In this document: one piece after another, positions 1-8,912 of the stretch
How the letters are laid out: each line of letters starts with the position of its first letter
Numbering within the stretch: position 1 is the stretch's first letter
From: Epithemia pelagica
Taxonomy: Eukaryota > Protista > Bacillariophyta
Length of the DNA stretch: 64,000 bases
Direction: 5' to 3'
Assembly (NCBI GenBank): GCA_946965045.2
Contig: OX337228.1
Location: 930,001-994,000, forward strand
The notes under the pieces: generated by a model
What the model was told of the DNA's origin: nothing
Databases searched by the model: none
The model's input: only the letters and a program-made list of their open reading frames with translations
Made by a program: the position numbers and the translations under genes

Positions 1-203
1 GTTTGGCACATCGATAGCACATTACAATCTTGTTCGCCAGCATTGAATCTGGCATTTCTCAAAGATTGTTCCAACTCATTCAGGCTCGTTATATAGTGAT
101 TGCGAGGATTGTACCGCTCGTATTCGCCGTCCCGACCAACTTGAACACGTCGAGGCAATCGTGGCCAACGAACCGTTCCGTTTGCACGTTCATTATCATC
201 CAT
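1..203 (-). CDS. Possible 5' part of an unidentified ORF running off the left edge (MDDNERANGTVRWPRLPRRVQVGRDGEYERYNPRNHYITSLNELEQSLRNARF...)
   Basis: ATG at 203, then 67 stop-free codons to the edge with protein-like composition. No recognisable motif. Confidence 0.25.
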   Translation of the reverse strand, partial: MDDNERANGTVRWPRLPRRVQVGRDGEYERYNPRNHYITSLNELEQSLRNARFNAGEQDCNVLSMCQ

Positions 204-1430
204 ACTGTTACGAACACGTGAGATCAACAATGGAATCATTTGTACCTTTCAAGTGCGCATCCACTGCTTACCTTTTCTGCTTCTAATCCTTCACCACTGT
301 TCGGTGCTTCAGATCCTTCCCCGCTCGTATATTGTGCCTTGTGTTCCTCCTGTGATCTTTCCGCTTCCAACGATAGTGGTCAGATACGCGCTACCTTCAC
401 CCTAAAACTTAACCTTCAATTTTTGATATGTACTGGAAACCCAACGCTTGCAACTATATTCTCTATCGTCAGGACCGTTACCCTCAAAACGGCCGCTTCA
501 TCCTAGCATCTTTTCTATTGCCCCCAATTTTTCCCCTTCCTTCTTCCTCGGCTATGCCAAACTCTCGACGAATTTGTACCGCAATATTTATCCCCTTCCC
601 GTACTCTCGACTCCTGTATACTGTTTTTTTTCTCCACTCAGCCTACTCTTCCTTTTCCTCGGTACTGTACTTCAACGATTCCTCTAAGCTAAGACGCTAT
701 GTTCCCTATCTATGTTTTCGATACTCCTCCGCGCTCCTTTTCCACCCTCTTCTTCCCCCTTCCTCCTATTCCGTCCTCTCATACCTCTACGTTTTCCTGT
801 GTTTGCGCTTCTCTTGGCTCGCTTCGTAGGGTCCAAAAAGGCGAGGCAACTGAACGCCGTCGCATCGATAAACCTGTCCAAAAGACTCGCACATTCTTGA
901 CTTCCTCCTTGATCGAACTGTGGTGCCTACCTACCCTGTTTGCTGGAATCTGGGGATCACGTCGTCTTTTTCTGGAGCACCTACCTCTCTTGCACATTTG
1001 ATCATGGCTCCTCGACTTATTACAAAGGACCAAAGGTTACGATAGGAAGATGTACATCTGTGTCCTTGGTTGCCAGCCACATGGACGAGAGAGCCACTTT
1101 CCTTCTTCTATACAACTACCTCTAGCTAGGAATACGCGTTCCAGGATGGAGAAAAAACAGCCAGGAGACGTTGTGTGGAGCAGCAGAGTATTCGCCATGC
1201 GAGAGAATCGTGTAGTATAGATGATAGGGGAAACCGTTTGCTGTTTGTACTGCAGTCGATCATGAGGGGTGCTGGATAGGAGTTTTTGTTTTGGGAACAG
1301 TTTTTGACGTCCACCAACGGTCGGCGGTCGGACGGTTTAAAAGGGCGACTCCCGTCATGGACACTACGTAGAGGTAGTACTCTGTAATTTGTTTGAGATG
1401 ACGGATCGGGAGTTGCAACCTACCCCCCAG

Positions 1431-1559
1431 CGGGGGTGAGTGAGTCCCGCAGGCCTCAGTCGGAAAAAAGCTGCACTCTGGTTCTCACCCGGGGGTGAGT
1501 GAGTCCCGCAGGCCTCAGTCGGAAAAAAGCTGCACTCTGGTTCTCACCCGGGGGTGAGT
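1431..1559. repeat. 58-59 bp tandem repeat (2 copies plus a partial) with a CTCACCC/GGGGTGAG hairpin at the junctions
   Basis: cgggggtgagtgagtcccgcaggcctcagtcggaaaaaagctgcactctggttctcacc starts at 1431, 1490 and 1549. Also at 25548-25675 and 43105-43869 (the latter interrupted by a MITE). Confidence 0.9.
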
Positions 1560-2968
1560 AAGGGAATGCAACACTAGGTGCGACTGACCGGGTCGCCCCT
1601 GCTTCGGGTAAGTTGCAACCGCATCATCGCAAGAATACAACATCCCATCTCAGGCAGACGAGCAAACGATCCAAGTGTGCTGCTGCTGTGTTCTCTTAGG
1701 AACCAAACGAGTGCATAACAATATCTTGGTGTCGTTCTACTTTCACAGGCGGCACGATGACAAGAATCCATCAGTGGGGGAACAACAACATGATGGTCAT
1801 GACTTCTGTTAAAACAGAAACCACGATTCGGTCGACTTCTTTTCTTCCTCCTGAACCACAAGACGACGAGGACCTTTCGTCACGACTTGTATATCATTTG
1901 GAATATCCCCGTATTTCCGTGCATGCAGTGCCTCCTATATGAAGCACCATGGTAGGATTCCTCGTCCAAGCCATTAGTGTCCATCCCATTCTCCGTCTGG
2001 TGGTCGGAGGAGGAGAATGACAAGAGGGACCAACCTCCAACAGTCTTGTGAAGTACCATTTGGATTGGCTGTGTTTTGGTTTGGCCGTGGAGCGATTGGT
2101 CCAATCCATGGTGTACCCTCCTTGTTGTTGCTGTTGTACCTCATTCTCGTCAGTCCAGTGGTAGAAGAAGAAGGATTATGAACCTGATCCTCAATCCTTG
2201 CTCGTGCATTCACTGGTTGTGCCTGGCACTCCCCTTGACCGTTTTGTTACCCACAAAGATGGTGACCAAGAGTCGGCCAGTCATTCAGGGTGACCGCAAG
2301 ACAAAGAATTTGTAAGAACCACTCAAGTAGACAGTCTCGACGGGTGGTTCCTTGTGGTTGTGGCTGTGGTTGTCATGCGCATCCCAATGGGGGAATGATC
2401 CAAGAGTGTGTGCTGGAGCGCCCACCCAACGTCCAAGTTTCGTGAAATGTTCCTATCTTCTTCTACTACTAGTACCGGAAAGCACGACAGGGAAGGATCC
2501 GTTCCACCAAGGAACTCTTGCTTCTTCCTCTTTTTGTTGTGTTCCATTACGTGTTTGTGTGGAATCGCACACCACGTTGTTTCTTGATGTCACTTTATAC
2601 GACGACAGGAAGCTCGTGTAGTGTTCCTTGAGAAGTGTGTTTCAGAGGAAAAGAGTCGATGGCGACAGAATAATTGTTGTGATTGGAATCAGCTGTCCTT
2701 TGTTTCCCAGCGTCCATACAGGAATCTGCATCGCAAGAAAGATGTGTTGATGCGTAGATGCAAGTTAACCCTTTCAGCCCGGCAACTCAATTTTCTGATG
2801 TCAGTCATTTCCCGTTTTTAGTGACCGCAGCAACTACTTAACAAAAAAGTCAAAATACTCTATGGGTGTATCAATCCACGTACTTACACGTACAAATAAT
2901 CTATAGGGACCTGCAACCCAAGACTCATTTGTCGATCTTCTTCTTTCACCGTCTCTTGTTCAAGGACC

Positions 2969-3331
2969 ATGGACTCTCCAGCTCACCAACGTCGTACCAA
3001 ACGATATAAACAGACCACCCCACAGTCGGAAGCGAAATGCTTGTTCCTAGAAGAAGACGATGAGAAGACATTCAACAATGAATGCAAGGCTGCTTCCTCC
3101 CCTTTGTTCCTCAGTCCTCTTGGCACCAAGTTAGTCCTCGACGCTGAAGCGAATGGCAAGCCCATTGATCTTTTGGAAATCAACAAGAAGGTCATTGAGC
3201 ATGACGTCCAACAAATGATAGAAGAGGACAAGAAGGTTCTTACGGACGATAATGATCCTTCCGATCCGAACAAGAAAGATATTGTCGTTGTCCTGCAATT
3301 GTCTCATCCTGATGGCAGATGCTGGAACTGA
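2969..3331 (+). CDS. Acidic 120-aa ORF inside piggyBac, antisense to and overlapping the transposase 3' end
   Basis: ATG in ACCATGG context and charged, protein-like composition. Open in both piggyBac copies; it is 167 aa at 27085-27588 because TGA is replaced by GGA. Confidence 0.4.
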   Translation: MDSPAHQRRTKRYKQTTPQSEAKCLFLEEDDEKTFNNECKAASSPLFLSPLGTKLVLDAEANGKPIDLLEINKKVIEHDVQQMIEEDKKVLTDDNDPSDPNKKDIVVVLQLSHPDGRCWN

Positions 3332-5239
3332 GGAACCACTTGTGGAAGGTGTCCCCCTTTTCCGAGACGACTTCTGAGTCTTCCTGCTTTGTTGATAAAT
3401 ATCTGCATACGGAGTGCAGAGAGAACATGCCAGTTGCCTCTTGAACTCACGGAGTTTCCTGGCCGTAGATAGCTTCTCCACCCCATCTCCTTCTTCGTCA
3501 TTACCTTCTTCTGTGTCGTCTTTTTCTTCGACTTCGATAAGTTTCATCTCCCTAAGCTTCAGGTAGACATTGAATGCATTTAGGATGCAAATATCTTGGA
3601 GAAAGTGCCACACTTGAATCGACAGTACAGTTTCTTTTCGTTTACAGGCGTTGGTAGCTCTCATCTGGTCGGCCCTGTCGACCCCATTCATGAAAAGATT
3701 GTATGCCACAACCGGTGCAGGAGCTCTAAAGGAAGCTCGAATGTGAAGAGAATGACCAACCCAGCGCCACATTGTCGCTAAGCCATGAACCTTTTCAATG
3801 GCTTCCGGATCGTCTTGATATAAGAAGGTCTTGGATGGAGTTCCAAAGAGATCATTAGTGTAAAACACCACTGGCTTTTTATCGAGATATACGATGTAGC
3901 CACAACAATCCGCTGCAATGGCGTATTCCTTTTCGATCTCGATAATGTCCGCTACCTCAAAGCCAACTTTCATTCGAGGGAGAGTCTTGGCATACTCCTT
4001 TGTCTTCTCTTTGGCCTGTTGCTTGCTTCGGTCTGGATGCACAACACCAGTGAAAGCCTTGGCCAATACCCAGGAACCTCGATCTTTATTCTCTAAATAC
4101 TTGATCGCCGTGGTAACATTGTTCTTGTTGATTTTGTCGACCAAGTTCAATCGAACTGTACCAGTTACCTTGATATTCCCATCCGTGTATTTGTCGATCG
4201 CTCGAGCCAGACTGTGTCTGGTATAGAAATTATCCATATAGACAACAGTTTGCGGCATTGATTCCCTCGGCCGTACGGCGTTGGCAGCAATAAGAGCTCG
4301 GTACAAGAGGCCCATCATTAGGACCCATAACATGCTGGCGGAGTCCACGGCCACAGGACAGGCATTGCGAATACGACTTTTGGTGGCTTGACAGAGTTGA
4401 TTGAATGAGGATGTCAACTCTCCAAAGATCTTCAAATATCGCTCAGCCGGAGTTTGACTGGTCATATTACCAGAACCATTGTCAAAAAGGCCGAATGTGT
4501 ATGTATAACTCCACCCAACAACGGCGTAAAAACGAATTGCGAATTTGTCAGGCTTCGACGGTATGTAGGTAGAGGCCCGTGTTTTTGCTTTCGTAGGACA
4601 GCTTGCCTCGTCCAATGCAACCGGACCAACTGGCTGAGCAACGGAACTGAAGTTCCGGAGTATGTGGGACATAGCAGCTCGACAGGTCCACATAGGGTCA
4701 TCTGGATTTCTTGCCATCGACTGTGAATAGATTCGGAGCGATCCTCGGATGGTGACAAATGTATCTCTAGACATGGTAGAAGAGAAGGCAGACGAACCGA
4801 GAAATAATTTGGTGCTCCACAATTCCTTCATTTGAGTTGAGTTACAGAGCGAAAGCGCAATATCCAACCCCAGTACACAGCGAAGAGCCTTTGTAGTAAG
4901 AACAATTTTGGTTCTTTGTCCACTCTGTTTGGCTTCCAAGGCTTCTTTTGTCGCTTTGAAGATGAAACCGTCGATGAATCGTTTGGGGATAAATAGGAAG
5001 AATAATCCCAAAGGACCGGATTCCAAGAAGGCTTGTTGGCATGCCTTGGGATTATGTAGATATAGATCGGCAGAGGCAATTTGGTTGTCGATGTACTGGT
5101 TCTCTCTCTGAGCCGACTTTATATCCCTCAGACGAACCTTACCATCTCGGTGAAGGTTCGTGATGAGGTTGTCATCTTCTTCATTATCATCTTCGTTGTT
5201 GTAATGGAGCTCTCTGGCGACATCAGAGGTGCTCTCCAT
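3131..5239 (-). CDS. piggyBac-family DDD transposase (about 702 aa from the first ATG, MESTSD...)
   Basis: Motifs VALDEAS, KPDKFAIRF, VYMDNFYT, TGTVRLN and YNLFMNGVDRADQ give an intact D-D-D triad. No C-terminal Cys-rich domain is visible. The ORF-track start at 5293 is a GTG. Confidence 0.92.
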   Translation of the reverse strand: MESTSDVARELHYNNEDDNEEDDNLITNLHRDGKVRLRDIKSAQRENQYIDNQIASADLYLHNPKACQQAFLESGPLGLFFLFIPKRFIDGFIFKATKEALEAKQSGQRTKIVLTTKALRCVLGLDIALSLCNSTQMKELWSTKLFLGSSAFSSTMSRDTFVTIRGSLRIYSQSMARNPDDPMWTCRAAMSHILRNFSSVAQPVGPVALDEASCPTKAKTRASTYIPSKPDKFAIRFYAVVGWSYTYTFGLFDNGSGNMTSQTPAERYLKIFGELTSSFNQLCQATKSRIRNACPVAVDSASMLWVLMMGLLYRALIAANAVRPRESMPQTVVYMDNFYTRHSLARAIDKYTDGNIKVTGTVRLNLVDKINKNNVTTAIKYLENKDRGSWVLAKAFTGVVHPDRSKQQAKEKTKEYAKTLPRMKVGFEVADIIEIEKEYAIAADCCGYIVYLDKKPVVFYTNDLFGTPSKTFLYQDDPEAIEKVHGLATMWRWVGHSLHIRASFRAPAPVVAYNLFMNGVDRADQMRATNACKRKETVLSIQVWHFLQDICILNAFNVYLKLREMKLIEVEEKDDTEEGNDEEGDGVEKLSTARKLREFKRQLACSLCTPYADIYQQSRKTQKSSRKRGTPSTSGSSVPASAIRMRQLQDNDNIFLVRIGRIIIVRKNLLVLFYHLLDVMLNDLLVDFQKINGLAIRFSVED

Positions 5240-5431
5240 GGTTGAAAGTACTTTGTAACATGAATGAGGTGCATGTGGTTTTATGAAAAACACATGTAAC
5301 TCGAGAAGTAGGCGCCGGATTGCGGTGGTCCGACCACCAACTGGTAGAACGTACTAAGACGGATGTATGGTGACAAACAGTAGTCCTATAACATGAATGT
5401 CATTGACATATGATTGCTACAAAATCGCAAT

Positions 5432-5723
5432 TTTGGTAAATGGCGATATTGTCATCATTTTTTGAATCACGAGTTGTTGGTCATAACTCACGTGGTAATT
5501 TGTTAATTGGATTGCAATTTTGTTAAGTATTTTTGATGACAAATTTGTCAGTGACCGGGCAAAAAAAGGTGCCGGGCTTTGGTAAATGGCGATATTGTCA
5601 TCATTTTTTGAATCACGAGTTGTTGGTCATAACTCACGTGGTAATTTGTTAATTGGATTGCAATTTTGTTAAGTGTTTTTGATGACAAATTTGTCAGTGA
5701 CCGGGCAAAAAAAGGTGCCGGGC
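5432..5723. repeat. 146-bp tandem duplication in the subterminal region of piggyBac copy 1
   Basis: tttggtaaatggcg...gtgccgggc at 5432-5577 and 5578-5723. It is single in copy 2, which is exactly 146 bp shorter. Confidence 0.92.
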
Positions 5724-5963
5724 TGAAAGGGTTCATGTCATCCGTCTCACTCTCACCCTTCGCTGTCGACTATGCACCAGGAGAGTGGGGTAAACCTGAT
5801 AATATCAGCCCCACTTCATCATAGAAAGGCAGACCGACTATGTTAGCTATTGCTAGGTTAGTAATACGATCAACAGAATAATAGGTAGCTTAAAATATAG
5901 TGTAATCGGTCCCCACCACCACCCGGTTTTTGCAACCGCGACACAAGAACACTTTACAGCTAT

Positions 5964-6976
5964 CTAAAGGGCCACCATTTTGTGGCGCATTCCACCCTCG
6001 AATTTTGCATCCGGTTCGTCTAGGAATACCATCAGTGCACGAAATCCATTGATAGTGTCAAACAAGAACTCGTAGTCAAACTTTGACTGTACTGCAAAAG
6101 GCAAAGAGAGGACAAACTTGGATCTCACAAAATCAGTCTGTTTTTCTTTCAATTGATTGAATGCATCTTCTAGAGCCAATTTCTTACGAATGTTTTCATC
6201 CTTCTCCATCCACTCCTGGGAGAACTGCTTCAACAGTTCTCCCACATCTGTGCTATTGGTAGGCCAAATGATCTTCACAATCAGTTCCTTCTGTGACTCA
6301 CCAACCTCAATGTCGCAATTTGTTGTATCTCTGTGCGCAACCCCAGTGGGCAGGTTGATCACTACAACCACATGCTTTTGTTTGTTCTGATCCACCCACT
6401 GGGTCAGCACATGAGGGGGCGTCCATTCTTTCATCATATCCTTCTTTTCTGACTTCTTTCTCCTGTTTTCCAATGCTCCAAGGTCAGCACCACCGACTGG
6501 AATGGCGACTCCAGACCTTTTTTTCTCTTTTCCTTGTAACAAATTCATAGCTATACTCTTAATTTTATCTGTAGAGAAAGAGAGAAAGAGCAATAGATGA
6601 GAGAACATTAGGTAGGTACCAAGAAGTCGGCAATTTTGATCACGTACCATGACTTACCTGGTGCACCTGGTGCCTTCTTCTTCCCAAACAAACCAGAACC
6701 AGGGGGAAGGTCGTCGTCTGCATCATCCTCAATATCTTCCAATGGATTGAAACTCTCTTCCTTGCTGGTCACCTTGCTGTCCTGCTCCTTTGGGCCATCT
6801 CTCAAATGGTATCCATATTTTTTTTTGAGTTTATTCAATGCAGTACGAAATGATTCAAGCTTGTACTTCTTGAATTGTGGATGATCCGACCACACTTGCT
6901 TTGGTGCAGCGCTTGCTGCAAAGGCACGATTTTTTACCAAGTCTTCCAGGTACTCATCGTCTGCTGTCCTGGAATC
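5964..6976 (-). CDS. Probable Harbinger accessory (second, putatively DNA-binding) gene; exons 6976-6658 and 6568-5964, 5' end unresolved
   Basis: A GTAAGT...ctacAG intron (6657-6569) joins the two track ORFs in frame (...APGAP-D-KIKSIAMN...). Basic helical segment PKQVWSDHPQFKKYKLESFRTALNKLKKKY. It is divergent from the transposase, as expected for two-gene Harbinger elements. Confidence 0.65.
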
Positions 6977-7754
6977 CTAAGAAAGTAAGGGACCTTCACC
7001 AAGGGTGTTCCTACCGGAGCGTGTCATAAGAATTTTGGAATGAACGTTGGGGAGTTTAGTACCTGGGTGGTTTTTTTGGCAAAACCAAACTATGACCAAG
7101 AAAGCATACTGGGTTATTGGTATTCTGGTCTGACCATGATCAGACCGGGTCTGATCCTGATTCTTATAAATGAAGATTTCTCCATGACATTGGCACTTAT
7201 GCCAATACTGAACCAACCTCCTTGTTCCTTATTTAATGAGTTAACTGTGGGTCGGTTAAATATAAGGATTACTTATGTAGGTTGTCTTTGGGTCTGGTGG
7301 TAAAAAAACGACCCAGGTCGTTTTTTCGACCCAGGCAGCTTTTTCATTGGCAGACCAGACGACCTTGTCGATGAGCAATGTTAAGGCTTAAGTTATATCT
7401 AGTTAACTCTTTTTTCAGTGAATAAGAGGGTTGCTTCTCTACTGTTCCTAGAGAGACTTGCGAAAAGTTATTCATGTTTCAATATTGGTCCTCATCACTG
7501 AAACTGATACAGTGGTCTGATCCAAGATCTGACCGGATCAGACCCAAGTGACCCAGAAATAGTGACTGTGACCATTTCTGTACTTAGATTACTCCATGGC
7601 GTTCACGTATAGACAGTCATACATTAAATTCGAACACTACTATAACGAAAATTCTTGATGAACGCAAAGGAATAGTGTTTTGGCATTGGAACTTAGCTTC
7701 ACTGCACGGCATGGGCACCAACATGAATATCGCATAAACTCACAATTCCTGACG

Positions 7755-8675
7755 ATGGAGGTGAATGCAGGAACATTCATTCAAAGTGCTCTTCCTATGA
7801 TGGGGAAGAATAGGAATCCAACAACAAATGAGTTTCATAGAGCTTTTTGAGGCTATTTCAGTCTAACCCCTTCTCTTTGTGTGCATGTGTGGGACGAAAT
7901 AGAGAACCTTCTGCCAAGAGGAGGGAAGCCAGTCCACCTGTTGTGGGGACTTCTTTACCTTAAGGTTTACGCCTCAAAAGATGTCCTGGTGGCAATTGCA
8001 AATACAACAAGAAAGACTTTTAGAAAGTGGAGTAAGATAGTGACAAAGCTGATGGCTCATCTTAACTATGTAAGTACTGGCATGTACCAGTTTGTCAGCA
8101 TTGTATTCTCACCATCTTTGTCCTGTTTTCTTTAGATAAAATGGGAAAATAGATATGATGCAAGAAAAGAAGGACAATGTTGCTTCATTACTTTTGATGG
8201 AACAGACTTTAGAATTTTTGAGCCTGCTCCATTCGACCCTAAGTGGTTTTCCCACAAATTCAAGGGACCTGGGCTGCGTTATGAAATTGGAGTATGCATC
8301 AACACTGGGTGGATTGTGTGGTGGAATGGCCCATACCCTTGTGGGACATGGGCAGACCTCAATATCAGCAGAGATTGGCTCATAGACAAAGTGGATGAAG
8401 GGGAAATGATGGTTGCAGATGGAGGCTACAATGATGGTGGAGAATACTTCATTACACCGTCTGGACACAACAACTTTATGGACAAAATGTTGGCTGATGC
8501 AAGAGCACGACATGAAACAGTCAACAGCTACTTCAAAAGGTACAACATTCTAAAAGACAAATACAGAGGTGACCTTGGATGGCACAATGTGGTTTTTGGG
8601 GCGGTGGTAAATTTGGTCCAGCTTCGTATCGAAAACAACGACCTCGATGTATTCCAAGTCGAAGTAGAAGATTAG
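7755..8675 (+). pseudogene. Harbinger/IS5-like DDE_Tnp_4 transposase; one 66-bp intron (8070-8135) and a premature TGA at 7848-7850
   Basis: The phase-0 GTAAGT...tttAG intron fuses HLLWGLLYLKVY...HLNY to IKWENR...FDGTDFRI...WFSHKFKGPGLRYEIGVC...WNGPYPCG...VADGGY...RARHETVNSYFKRY. The D-D-E residues are present. The upstream frame reads HRAF*GYFSLTP, probably CGA>TGA. Confidence 0.85.
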
Positions 8676-8912
8676 TCTAGCTAGTAGTGCTAAGTGTAGT
8701 GGTCGAAAGACCGGGTGGAGACGAGAATTCTCTTGCCGATGCAGTGGAAACCACGACTGACGTGCGACCAGAACCAGACCCGTGCTGCCGCCAACCGCGG
8801 GGATGTTGATCCTCACACAAAAGTCTGAGAGTGCGTTCATCGATTATCATGAATCATGACGGAAACCCTTCGCTGTCGACGGCGAATGTTGCCGGACTAT
8901 TCGTAGAGGATC

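Larger units (their letters stand above)
2769..5731 (-). mobile_element. piggyBac DNA transposon, copy 1 (2963 bp)
   Basis: Perfect 16-bp TIRs CCCTTTCAGCCCGGCA (2769-2784) and TGCCGGGCTGAAAGGG (5716-5731). Flanks are TTAA (2765-2768) and TTCA (5732-5735). The empty TTAA site is at 45068-45071 in unit 3. Confidence 0.95.

Noticed and set aside
1431-1577. Hairpin followed by CTAG, resembling a Helitron 3' end; the repeat is also superficially CRISPR-like
   Set aside because: The base after CTAG is G rather than T, and I found no 5' TC end or Rep/helicase. The repeats have no unique spacers, there are no cas genes, and the context is eukaryotic.
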